Assembly (NCBI RefSeq): GCF_006345805.1 | Contig: NW_021827610.1 | Location: 1-10,204, forward strand | DNA length: 10,204 nucleotides | Direction: 5' to 3' | From: Octopus sinensis | Taxonomy: Eukaryota | In this document: one piece after another, positions 1 through 8,391 of the stretch | Layout: each line of letters begins with the position of its first letter | Numbering within the stretch: position 1 is the first letter of the stretch | Program-made: the position numbers and the translations under genes | The notes under the pieces: generated by a model | The model's input: only the letters and a program-made list of their open reading frames with translations | What the model was told of the DNA's origin: nothing | Database searches by the model: none

Positions 1-529
1 AATAATCAATCAAGTTGAGTTTATTTTTTTAATATTTTTTTGTTGCAATTTTTTTCTGAGAATTGTTCATTTTCTGTTTCAAAAAAAAAAATGTCCTCAG
101 TTTATATGAACTCAAAGAATTGTGAATGAAAAGGAAGTTGTTTACCATTTTGTAAAAAAAAAAAAATTCTTTCTGCATAGACAGCTCACTTATTTGTATT
201 CATACACACAATATTTGTTTATCTTCTTTCTTATGAATTTAAAATTTGCTCAGTTCTTTCACTAACTGGCGGAATGCTCTTTTTTTGTTTTTTTTTTGTT
301 TTATATTTCATTTATTTATTTTGTGTCTATGTATCTCGCCATGATTTATTTTATATTATTTATTTGATTTTATATAGCAATTTGTTGAACAATAGTGTTA
401 TTGGTTACAGGTTTGTGACCAGTCCTGATCACTGGCTCACTGTATTTTCTGAAAGTGAGAGCCACAGTTATTTCAGCTTCACACCTCTGTTTGTATTAGA
501 ATTTGCAGATAAACTGATATACATCACAG

Positions 530-761
530 ACATGCACGTAAACACATTCACACAGCATATATATGTCTGTATGGATGTACGTATGAATGTATGAATGTAT
601 GAATGTATGAATGTATGTATATATATATGTATGTATGTACATATGCACATATTTATGTATGTATATATGTATGTATGCATGTATGTATTTATGTATATAT
701 ATATATGTGTATGTAATGTAATATATATAATATTATATATATATGTATGTATGTATGTATG

Positions 762-819
<58 letters not shown>

Positions 820-832
820 TAATAATAATAAT
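530..832. repeat. Compound microsatellite (TATG)n/(TA)n ending in (TAA)n
   Basis: Read directly from the sequence; includes a long perfect (TA)n at ~765-817. Confidence 0.97.
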
Positions 833-1203
833 AAAATCACTCAGAGAGCACAGACCTCTGCCAAGGCAACACCAACATCCTCTCAACGATTACCAGCCAG
901 AGATGATTTTTAAAATGAGAATATCTGAAATAAACTCGGCTGCTCTCACAAGCGAGAACACTAAAAATGAACCTGAACGCTCTCAAAAATTAAGTAAAAA
1001 AAAAAAACAAGAAAAATAATCCAGAATCCTTGTCTGGTACCACATCAATCCCAAAATCTAATCTGTTCATGCCAGTCACAAGGCCAGACATCTCTGAAAG
1101 TTTCATCTGAATCCATCCAGCAGTTCTTAAGATATCTAGTCCATGGACAAACAAACAAATATGACTGAAAACAATACCTCCGCTATCGCTAAGGCAGAGG
1201 TAA
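833..1203 (+). mobile_element. Helentron-like non-autonomous element (HINE/DINE-1-type architecture)
   Basis: Seen: subterminal ACCTCTGCC (854-862) is inverted relative to GGCAGAGGT (1193-1201). A 3' stem-loop TACCTCCGC (1175-1183)/GCAGAGGTA (1194-1202) has 1 mismatch. A short (ACAA)n lies at ~1147-1159 and the flanks are TAA-rich. Subterminal IRs plus a 3' hairpin plus an internal microsatellite is the established HINE layout. The family call and exact ends are inference. Confidence 0.5.
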
Positions 1204-1401
1204 TAATAATAACAATAATCCTTGGATGGAATTTATAAGCATTTTTTGCATTGCTCCATGTCCATGTTCCTGTGACGTTTACAGTGCAGTCCATAGTATT
1301 TGTAGGCATTGGGTTGATCATCTTTATGGATTCATTCAATGCATGTAGAGCTACATCAAATGTTTATAAATCCCATGCAAGGATTATTGTTATTATTATT
1401 A
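1201..1401. repeat. Fold-back inverted repeat (60-bp arms, 81-bp spacer); possible MITE
   Basis: Reverse complement of 1201-1260 aligns without gaps to 1342-1401; the outer 44 bp (1201-1244 vs 1358-1401) differ at 3 positions. Confidence 0.8.
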
Positions 1402-1545
1402 TTATATTTATCCTACATTATATAAGTACAGCTTGATGCAACCTCAAAAAACTGGTTCACCAGTCAGCATCATAGACTATAGCCAGCATAATAGAATAGG
1501 AGCTTTATTTGTATATTCAAAATGTTTCCCATAAACAAATTTAAA

Positions 1546-2020
1546 GATAGGCACGACAGATATGTAATAATCAACATATGAAAAACTCGAGGAGGGCTGG
1601 TACCTAATTTTGGCATTGAGTGTTATACAAATGACAGAACTGGCTGCCATTGTACTGTACCAAAGGTACCATCCACTCTATCTAAATTCAGGGCCATGTA
1701 CTGCAATAGCCTAGGGTTCAAAGGCCCACACGTCTTCACTGCCCTGCCACAAAAATTTAACAATCTGCATAAGGTGGAAGTAGATGTCATCAAAAAGGAA
1801 CTAGACACCCTCCACTCCACAATACTGGGTGAACCAACCTGACATGAGGTACAGATGAGGACAGCAGAATCAAACTCCCTTATACACTAAAAGGGCCAAT
1901 AGCTGGGAAAAAAGGCACATACAGGTATGATGATGTCAAACACTCCAGACTGAGGAAATCAGCAAGACTATGGTGCAGCCAAATGGCTGAAACAAGTAAA
2001 AGACTAAGAGTAAAAGAATA
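1546..2020 (+). mobile_element. CR1-group non-LTR retrotransposon, degraded 3' fragment (ORF2 C-terminus + 3' UTR/tail)
   Basis: Frame +1, 1546-1890, reads DRHDRYVIINI*KTRGGLVPNFGIECYTNDRTGCHCTVPKVPS...CNSLGFKGPHVFTALPQK...KKELDTLHSTILGEPT*...RTAESNSLIH*. This resembles CR1-group ORF2 ends as I recall them (RRxRY..IY.WKI..GLVPN, NS....GP.LFN.LP, F K..LD..L...PDEP, SNSL). Internal stops at 1579 and 1840. A tail GCTGAAACAAGTAAAAGA lies at ~1987-2004. Confidence 0.72.
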
Positions 2021-2142
2021 TATGTATGTATATATATATATGTGTGTGTGTGTGTGTGCATGTATGTTTGTATGCATATATATGTTTGTATGCATACATT
2101 TATATACACGACATTTCTATGAATATATAAATGTGTATATAT
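2019..2142. repeat. Compound (TA)n/(TG)n/(TATG)n microsatellite
   Basis: Read directly from the sequence. Confidence 0.93.
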
Positions 2143-2198
2143 ATTCTTTTATTCTTTTACTCCTTTACTTGTTTTAGTCACTTGATAGTGGCCATGCT
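2142..2198 (-). mobile_element. 3' tail of a tRNA-derived SINE, separated from its body at 2429-2762
   Basis: Minus strand reads AGCATGGCCACTATCAAGTGACTAAAACAAGTAAAGGAGTAAAAGAATAAAAGAATA. It matches my recollection of the 3' end of this octopus SINE family and has the same orientation as the body. Confidence 0.6.
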
Positions 2199-2202
2199 TC
2201 TG

Positions 2203-2264
<62 letters not shown>

Positions 2265-2428
2265 TACACGCACACACTCACACACACATATATATGTATA
2301 CTAACCATAGACATGCTCATAAGATTAAAAAAGAGCCCACACATATTTTTTCATCACATTCAGAATTCTCAAAACATGGAATAAACTACCTGTGTCAATT
2401 AGCTATCTGATTCTGCGTCCGATGAAAA
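2197..2428. repeat. Left arm of long inverted duplication (partner 3035-3292)
   Basis: Reverse complement matches 3035-3292, including the order of (TA)n/(CA)n tracts. The unique ~90 bp at 2339-2428 differs from 3035-3124 at one base. Confidence 0.95.
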
Positions 2429-2762
2429 AGGGATATTTAGTTGAAAAATTATTCTTTGGAAGCTTAGAATTTATTCTATCGGTCTCTTTTGATAAACTGT
2501 TAAGTTACAAGGACATAAACACATCAACACCGCCGGTCAAGTGATGGTGGTGGGGGACAATACAGACACAAAGACACATGCATAAATATATAAATATATA
2601 TATATGACAGGCTTCTTTCAGTTTCTATCTACCAAATCTACTCACAAGGCTTTGGTTGGCTCAAGGCTATAGTAGAAGTTACTTGCCCAAGATGCTACAC
2701 AGTGGAACTGAACCCAGAACGATGTGGTTGGGAAGAAAGCTTCTTACTACAAAGCCACACCT
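2429..2762 (-). mobile_element. tRNA-derived SINE, head and body
   Basis: Minus strand has an A-box-like TGGCTTTGTAGT (2757-2746) and a B-box-like GGGTTCAGTTCC (2715-2704). These are followed by TTGGGCAAGT...AAAGCCTTGTGAGTAGATTTGGTAG..GAAACTGAAAGAAGCC and an internal TA tract. Related heads occur at ~3825-3940 and ~5705-5865. Confidence 0.8.
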
Positions 2763-2989
2763 AAAAGACTTTGTAGTGCTCAAATGATTTGAATTTAGTC
2801 TCTGATGTCTTTACGTATGCTATCAAGTATTCTCTAAGTTTAAAAAAGTAGATAGAAATTAACTATAAGTGAAGTAAAAAAAAAAAGACTGCAATGAAAT
2901 CTTGAAGCAGATAAACACTACAAAAAATAAGATATAAAGAAAAAGAAACAGAAAAACGAACTACAAAAGAACCATCTTGAAGAAAGGGT

Positions 2990-3165
2990 GCATAGGCACA
3001 TCAACTGCATTGGCAAATTCCAAGAAGCGTGGAGTTTTCATCGGACACAGAATCAGATAGCTAATTGACACAGGTAGTTTATTCCATGTTTTGAGAATTC
3101 TGAATGTGATGAAAAAATATGTGTGGGCTCTCTTTTTTATGTCTATGAGATGTCTATGGTTAGTA
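2990..3165 (-). mobile_element. Degraded CR1/L2-group LINE ORF2 C-terminal fragment
   Basis: Minus-strand translation HTYFFITFRILKTWNKLPVS contains the F..R....WN.LP motif typical of CR1/L2 ORF2 ends. Short and diverged, so boundaries are approximate. Confidence 0.5.
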
Positions 3166-3194
3166 TACATATATATGTGTGTGTGAGTGTGTGC

Positions 3195-3286
<92 letters not shown>

Positions 3287-3292
3287 CAGAAG
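3035..3292. repeat. Right arm of long inverted duplication (partner 2197-2428)
   Basis: See left arm; the length difference is mostly in the (TG)n and (TA)n tracts. Confidence 0.95.
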
Positions 3293-3473
3293 GCCCAAGC
3301 ATGTTTATCTGCATCACCATCTCCATACCAGTGCACCTCGATTTCTCTTATATCCACTCTTCACCCCTAAGACTTAGTCCATGATAAAGACCTTTGAAGT
3401 GTAAGTTCAAATCATTTGGGCACTACTACAAGTTTTCTATATTAGCATGTCTGGATCTCACCTGATGACTCTG

Positions 3474-3492
3474 TATATACACTTATATATAT

Positions 3493-3541
<49 letters not shown>

Positions 3542-3778
3542 TGTATATATATATACATATATATATATATACATATATTTTTATATACATATATATATAT
3601 AGATATATATGTACATATTTATTCCTATATTCTTATATATATATATGTCTGTGTGTGTGTGGATGTGCATGAGTATGTATATGTCTAGATATACATGCAT
3701 ACATATCTATCTATCTATCTATCTATCTATCTCTCTCTCTATATATATATATACACACACACACTTATATATAGATAT
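3474..3778. repeat. Compound (TA)n/(TG)n/(TATC)n/(TC)n/(CA)n microsatellite
   Basis: Read directly from the sequence. Confidence 0.95.
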
Positions 3779-3824
3779 CTGTTGTTATTCAACACAATTT
3801 CTGTGTCCCCAGTTCCCTTAAGGT

Positions 3825-3940
3825 TTTCATCAACCCAAGGCTTTGGACAAAGATGAAGACACTCAACCAGGGTGCCACAGTGGGGGCCAAACCAGGAACC
3901 CTATAGTAGTGAAACAAACTTCCTAATCAAACAACCACAT
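3825..3940 (-). mobile_element. Highly degraded tRNA-derived SINE head
   Basis: Minus strand GATGTGGTTG...GGTTCCTGGTTTGGCCCCCACTGTGGCACCCTGGTTGAGTGTCTTC...CCAAAGCCTTG aligns loosely with the SINE head at 2762-2640. Confidence 0.5.
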
Positions 3941-4065
3941 CTTTGATGGTTTTGAACCATATTGTTACTCTCTGATTGTGTTAACTATTGATCTACTTTA
4001 TTGAAAATATTTCAAAGGAGAGACTGGAAAAATGTCTGCAATGGAATAAACCACAGAAAAGAAGC

Positions 4066-4130
4066 AAATAAATAAATAAGTAAATGAATGAAATAAAATA
4101 AAATGAAATAAATAAAATAAAATAAAATAA
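4066..4130. repeat. (AAAT)n/(AAAAT)n simple repeat
   Basis: Read directly from the sequence. Confidence 0.9.
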
Positions 4131-4257
4131 CCAAAGACATTAAACTGAGATTTGTTATTTATTTACCTGCTATTTCATTGAAATACAGACTAAACGAGCA
4201 TTTAGATGAATTTTCTGACTAATACAATTCATAATGGAAAATGATAGGCGAATATAG

Positions 4258-4330
4258 AATTGTTATTGTTGTAGTTGTTGTTGTTATTGTTGTCTTTGTT
4301 GTTATTGTTATATTTATTTATTGTTTATTT
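4258..4330. repeat. (TTG)n/(TTA)n simple repeat
   Basis: Read directly from the sequence. Confidence 0.88.
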
Positions 4331-4407
4331 TTATCACTTTTTCTCTTTTATTTGAGAATTCCTGTAAAACTAAGTGACAGCATTCTTTGCACCTGACAAA
4401 CAAGAGA

Positions 4408-4617
4408 CTATGTATTATGCATACACATGTGCATATATATATATATATTACAGTCATATACACAAACATACATAGGAACACGTATATATATATATATATA
4501 TATATATGCGTGTGTGTGTGTGTATGTATCAATAAATATGTATGTATGTATGTATGTATATATTCACACATATATATGCACACGTGTATTTTTGTGCCTG
4601 TGTGTAAATAAATATAT
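4408..4617. repeat. Compound (TA)n/(CA)n/(TG)n/(TATG)n microsatellite
   Basis: Read directly from the sequence. Confidence 0.93.
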
Positions 4618-4659
4618 GTCAATTGTTTCATTCTCTATCTTTTATCGCCTGTCTTTCTC

Positions 4660-4772
4660 TCCTTCTTCCTTTCTCTCTGTCTGTCTGTCTGTCTGTCTCA
4701 TTCCCACTCCCACCCATCCAATCTCTGCTCCTGCCACCACCGTCACCACCACCACCACCACCACCACCACTA
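4660..4772. repeat. (CTGT)n and (CAC)n simple repeats
   Basis: (CTGT)n at ~4675-4696 and (CAC)n at ~4733-4770. Confidence 0.88.
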
Positions 4773-4935
4773 CTCTATCACTCTCTTTATTATTTCCTCA
4801 CATAGATATAACATGCAGCATGTCTCCCATCTCCCCCCTTACACTTGCACTTTCCTGGAAAGAGAAAGAACAAATAAAAATCAGTGTGATTATATGCAGG
4901 CTAGGCAGATGTCTGGCAGCATCAGCACAGACATT

Positions 4936-5293
4936 GTCATCATCATCATTATCATCATCATTATCATCATCATCATCATCATTATCATCATCATCATCAT
5001 CATCATTATCATCATCATCATCATCATTGTCATCATTGTCTCATCATAATCATCATCATTATCATCATAGTAGTCATCATCATCTTTATTATTATAATGA
5101 TCTTTAGCATCATTTTCATCATCATCATTATCATCATCATCATCATCATCATTATCATCATCATCATTATAATCATCATCATCACCAGCATCATCTCCAC
5201 CACCATCTCCATCACCATCACCACTGCCATCATCATCATCACTGTATCAGTTACAGCAACAATGTTGTTGCGACTGTTATTGTTGTTGTTTTT

Positions 5294-5341
<48 letters not shown>

Positions 5342-5380
5342 GGTGGTGGTGGCGGTGGCGGTGGCGATGGTGATGGTGAT
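4936..5380. repeat. Compound trinucleotide array (ATC)n-(ACC)n-(GTT)n-(GGT)n-(GAT)n
   Basis: Read directly from the sequence; source of the poly-I/M/S/T/N ORFs in the track. Confidence 0.97.
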
Positions 5381-5704
5381 GGAAATAATTGTTGTCAATA
5401 TACGTTGTGTTTACAATTTTTCCATTTAATTCAATTCAGTTTTATATTGTCATGATATGCAAATACAAACAACAATAATATTGCAGAGTGCATCCTAAAT
5501 TTAATCAGTTGCACACATCCAATAGCAACAGTAATGACAATTAATATATGTTCATTAATTGAATTATAATGATAACATACAATCGAACAAATACAATCAA
5601 GTAAGAAAGATCTAGTTTCTGTTGTTGTTTCACCTCAAAGTCAACTCTCCTCAAGGACGTTCTAGTTGTGACCATCTCATTTGTTTTGCTCAAACATTGT
5701 ACAA

Positions 5705-5865
5705 CATGACTGTGTAGTTAAGAAATTCACTTTGCAAGCAGATAGTTTCAGTTTCTGTCCCAGCATGCTGCACCTGGAGCATGTGTTTTTACTGTATCCT
5801 CAGGTTGGGCAATTCCTTGAGTGAATTTGGTATGCAGACAAAAACTGTGTGGAAGCCCATCATAT
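5705..5865 (+). mobile_element. Degraded tRNA-derived SINE head
   Basis: GACTGTGTAGTTAAGAA...CTGTCCCA..ATGCTGCACCTGGAGCATGTGTTTTTACT...CCTTGAGTGAATTTGGTA...AAACTGTGTGGAAGCCCATCATATA is colinear with the SINE at 2762-2600. Confidence 0.6.
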
Positions 5866-5947
5866 ACACACACACACCACAAAAACACACATAGTATATA
5901 TCTATCTATGTGTGTGTATATATTTTATAACTATACATATATATATT

Positions 5948-5983
<36 letters not shown>

Positions 5984-5987
5984 ATAT
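5862..5987. repeat. (CA)n/(TA)n microsatellite abutting the 5' end of the PLE
   Basis: Read directly from the sequence; PLE coding-like sequence starts immediately after it. Confidence 0.92.
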
Positions 5988-7735
5988 AGGACATTAATCA
6001 ACACATACCAAGAAGGACTCACGAACAAGGAGTATGAATACATCACTAACTTCAAATGCAAATCGAGTTGTTCTATGGTATCCCTAAGGTACACAAAAGC
6101 CAAACCATTAGTAGAGAAACGTGCAAAACATCCACCGACACACTCATCAAAATCCCTCACCAAATGATCTTAAACTAAGACCGATAATAGCAGGGCCAGC
6201 ATGTGAAACTCACCGCCTCAGCAATTTCTTAGACACACTTCTTAAACCTTTCCTAAAACACATCAAAAGCTACGTAAGAGACGATATAGATATGCTCAAC
6301 CACCTCCCTAAAACAGTCAATGAGAAAACCCTTCTAGTATCATTCGACGTAGTTAATCTTTATCTAACATCCCTCACAACCTAGGAATAGAAGCGATCAC
6401 CTTCTGGCTGAAAAAACTACCCCTTTGAACTCCCAACTCGCATAAACAAAGCTTATAATAGAAGGACTTAGATTCATTTTAGAGAACAATTATTTTATTT
6501 TTGACAATGATTTCTACAGGCAAAGATCGGGAACAGCGATGGGCACGCATACTGCACCATCTTTTGCCAACCTAGTGATGGGATACTTCGAGAAAATACT
6601 ATACCGGATGACACTCGAGAAATATGGAAACACCTTCGCAACCTATATCCATAACAACTGGAAAAGATACCTCGATGACTGTTTCATCATCTGGGACAAA
6701 GGCATAGAGAAACTTGAGGAATTTAAAATTCTATTAAATGGAATAAATGACAATATACAATTCACGATGGACCACAACGAAAAAGAATTACCATTTTTAG
6801 ACATCCTCATTAAGAAAACCGGCAACAAAATAGAGACAGATATCTACTATAAACCGACAGACTCTAAACAGTACCTACCCTTTGATTCATGCCACCCACG
6901 ACACACTAGAATGAATGTCCCTTTTTGTTTAGCTAGAAGGATTTGCACCATAATATCAGACACAAACACCCGACACACACGTCTCCAGGAACTTAGAACC
7001 ACACTCACAAATAGAAACTATCCACAGCCCCTAATAGACAGTGCAATCCAACGGGTACTTAAATTAAGTATAGAAGACCTGAGACAAACAAAACCAAAAA
7101 GAAAGAACAATTAAAAACCCTTCCCACATCTCTACACACAACCCACTCAACAATGAGGCCTTCAACACCATACTACAAAGCACAGCCCTACTAAAGGGAG
7201 ACCCAAAGATGAACCGGATCCTTGAAACACACACCATCATTAAAAGTAAACGGCAACCAAAATCCTTGAAAAGGATTTTAACCCAAGCTACACTGCACTC
7301 AACATCAACCAAAAACCAGCAGTTAGAAAATGTGGAAGGCCCAACTGCGGAATCTGTGTCATCTTGAAAGAAGGATCAGAATTTATACTGGAACAAGGCC
7401 ACCAGTTCACCATTAGAACAAACTTCACTGCGCATCAGAAAACTTAATTACGTCATAACATGCGCAGGCTGCAATAGGCAGTATATAGGCCATACAAAAA
7501 TAGCTTACGTAACAGGATGGCGGTGCATAAATCACAAATTAGAAACCCTGATTACCGCAAAATACCGGTCAGCGGACACATAGATAGATGTGCTGGAAAT
7601 GTAAATCCGAAATTTACAACTAACCCGCTCTATAAATTCAGTGACAACGCAACCTTCACACAACGCCAAAATAAAGAACTATATTTCATAAAAAAATTTA
7701 GACCAAGTTTAAACACCCTGGGCCAGGAATACTAA
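5988..7735 (+). pseudogene. Frameshifted PLE ORF: reverse transcriptase + GIY-YIG endonuclease
   Basis: Motifs in order across frames: FYGIPKVHK (6071), LRPII, LVSFDVVNLY..NIP (RT motif A), YRQRSGTAMGTHTAPSFANLVM (B), WKRYLDDCFIIW (YxDD, C), LPFLDI, YYKPTD..YL...SCHP, RQPKSLKRIL, CGRPNCGIC, NLI/YVITCAGCNRQYIGHT (GIY-YIG), H..H, ELYFIKKFRPSLN, stop at 7733-7735. About 10-11 frameshifts are needed to join them. Confidence 0.95.
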
Positions 7736-7902
7736 AACAAAAGATAAGTCCTCCGAAAAGGAGAAGCAAAATTCACCACGACCGCTACTTCAAACAGACA
7801 CTCACTCTGACGGAAATATGCCTTAGTAGAAAGAAAAAAAATTCTTTCGTGCAAATCTGACCCTGATACATACGATACAGCTAAGGGTCAGACCCGATTC
7901 TG

Positions 7903-8328
7903 ATTGGTCAACAAGTTGATGACGTCTAGCTCTGCTAGAATGGACAGGATACAAACAGGGGACAGTCATTAGTCAGAATATTGATGACGTCCTTTTCTGC
8001 TTGAATAGTCACCTAACAAGTAACAGACAGGGGGCAGATCTAATGTAGCTATAAGTCGTGATGGGCAGAATCTGGATGACGTCCCGATCTGCTTGACTAA
8101 CGAAGCGACTGGTCAAAACAGGAAACAAACAAGAGGCAGATATAATGCAGCGATTGGTCAAAATAATGATGACGTCCCGTTCTACTTGACTAACGAAGTG
8201 ACTTGTCAAAACAGGAAACAAACAAGAGGCAGTTATAATGCAGCGATTGGTCAAAATAATGATGACGTCCCGTTCTACTTGATTAAAGCCACCTAACAAA
8301 ACGATTGGTCAAAACGTTGATGACGTCA
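7903..8328 (+). promoter_or_regulatory. Array of six inverted-CCAAT + CRE-like composite motifs (ATTGG-N9-TGATGACGTC)
   Basis: Units start at 7903, 7968 (ATTAG variant), 8061 (degenerate, N8), 8153, 8246 and 8304. The last contains a full palindromic TGACGTCA at 8321-8328. The motifs are seen directly; function is inferred. Confidence 0.65.
8075..8285. repeat. 93-bp tandem repeat, ~2.3 copies, with a more diverged ~92-bp copy at 7983-8074
   Basis: 8075-8167 vs 8168-8260 are near-identical; the third copy is partial (8261-8285). Confidence 0.95.
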
Positions 8329-8359
8329 CGCTACGCCAGATTGACCACCTAACAGGCAT

Positions 8360-8391
8360 TATAAAACCGAGCATTTCACAAAAACTCACTA
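8360..8391 (+). promoter_or_regulatory. Candidate TATA box and initiator
   Basis: TATAAAA at 8360-8366; TCACT with its A at 8388, 28 nt after the first T; 32 bp downstream of the last CRE. Confidence 0.5.

Noticed and set aside
410-454. Possible small exon (TACAG|GTTTGTG...GAAA|GTGAGA, FVTSPDHWLTVFSE)
   Set aside because: Plausible splice signals exist on both strands, there is no partner exon, and the peptide is unrecognised; indistinguishable from chance.
274-1019. ORFs 274-594, 468-680, 595-822, 689-886, 747-1019
   Set aside because: They are low-complexity translations of T-rich, (TATG)n and (TA)n tracts or of the non-coding Helentron-like element; no domain motifs.
1136-1436. ORFs 1136-1339 (-) and 1251-1436 (+) with hydrophobic IIVIII stretches resembling membrane peptides
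   Set aside because: The hydrophobic runs come from (TAA)n/(TTA)n, and the two ORFs resemble each other only because they read the two arms of the inverted repeat.
1623-1820. ORF 1623-1820 (-)
   Set aside because: Antisense shadow of the + strand LINE fragment.
2773-3426. CACTA motif at the inverted pair suggesting a CACTA/EnSpm transposon
   Set aside because: Orientation is wrong: the left end reads TAGTG and the right CACTA, the reverse of CACTA termini, and there is no 3-bp TSD.
1880-3821. ORFs rich in YI/HT/CV dipeptides (1880-2095, 1983-2177, 3123-3377, 3179-3370, 3187-3384, 3609-3821)
   Set aside because: Dinucleotide microsatellite translations. Only the WNKLP segment of 2961-3326 is informative, and it is treated as a LINE relic.
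4314-5429. Long ORFs including the 226-aa 4427-5107 and poly-Ile/Met/Ser/Asn ORFs
   Set aside because: They stay open only because the simple repeats lack stop codons in those frames; the homopolymeric peptides are not credible proteins.
5972-7312. Minus-strand ORFs 5972-6163, 6643-6828, 7064-7312
   Set aside because: Antisense shadows of the PLE ORF.
8009-8299. ORFs 8009-8299 (-) and 8093-8296 (+) with a repeated 31-aa peptide
   Set aside because: They follow from the 93-bp (31-codon) tandem unit; no evidence of coding.
7899-8328. CRISPR-like look of the recurring GATGACGTC motif with intervening sequence
   Set aside because: The context is eukaryotic, the conserved part is too short, the intervening segments are themselves copies of each other, and no cas genes are present.
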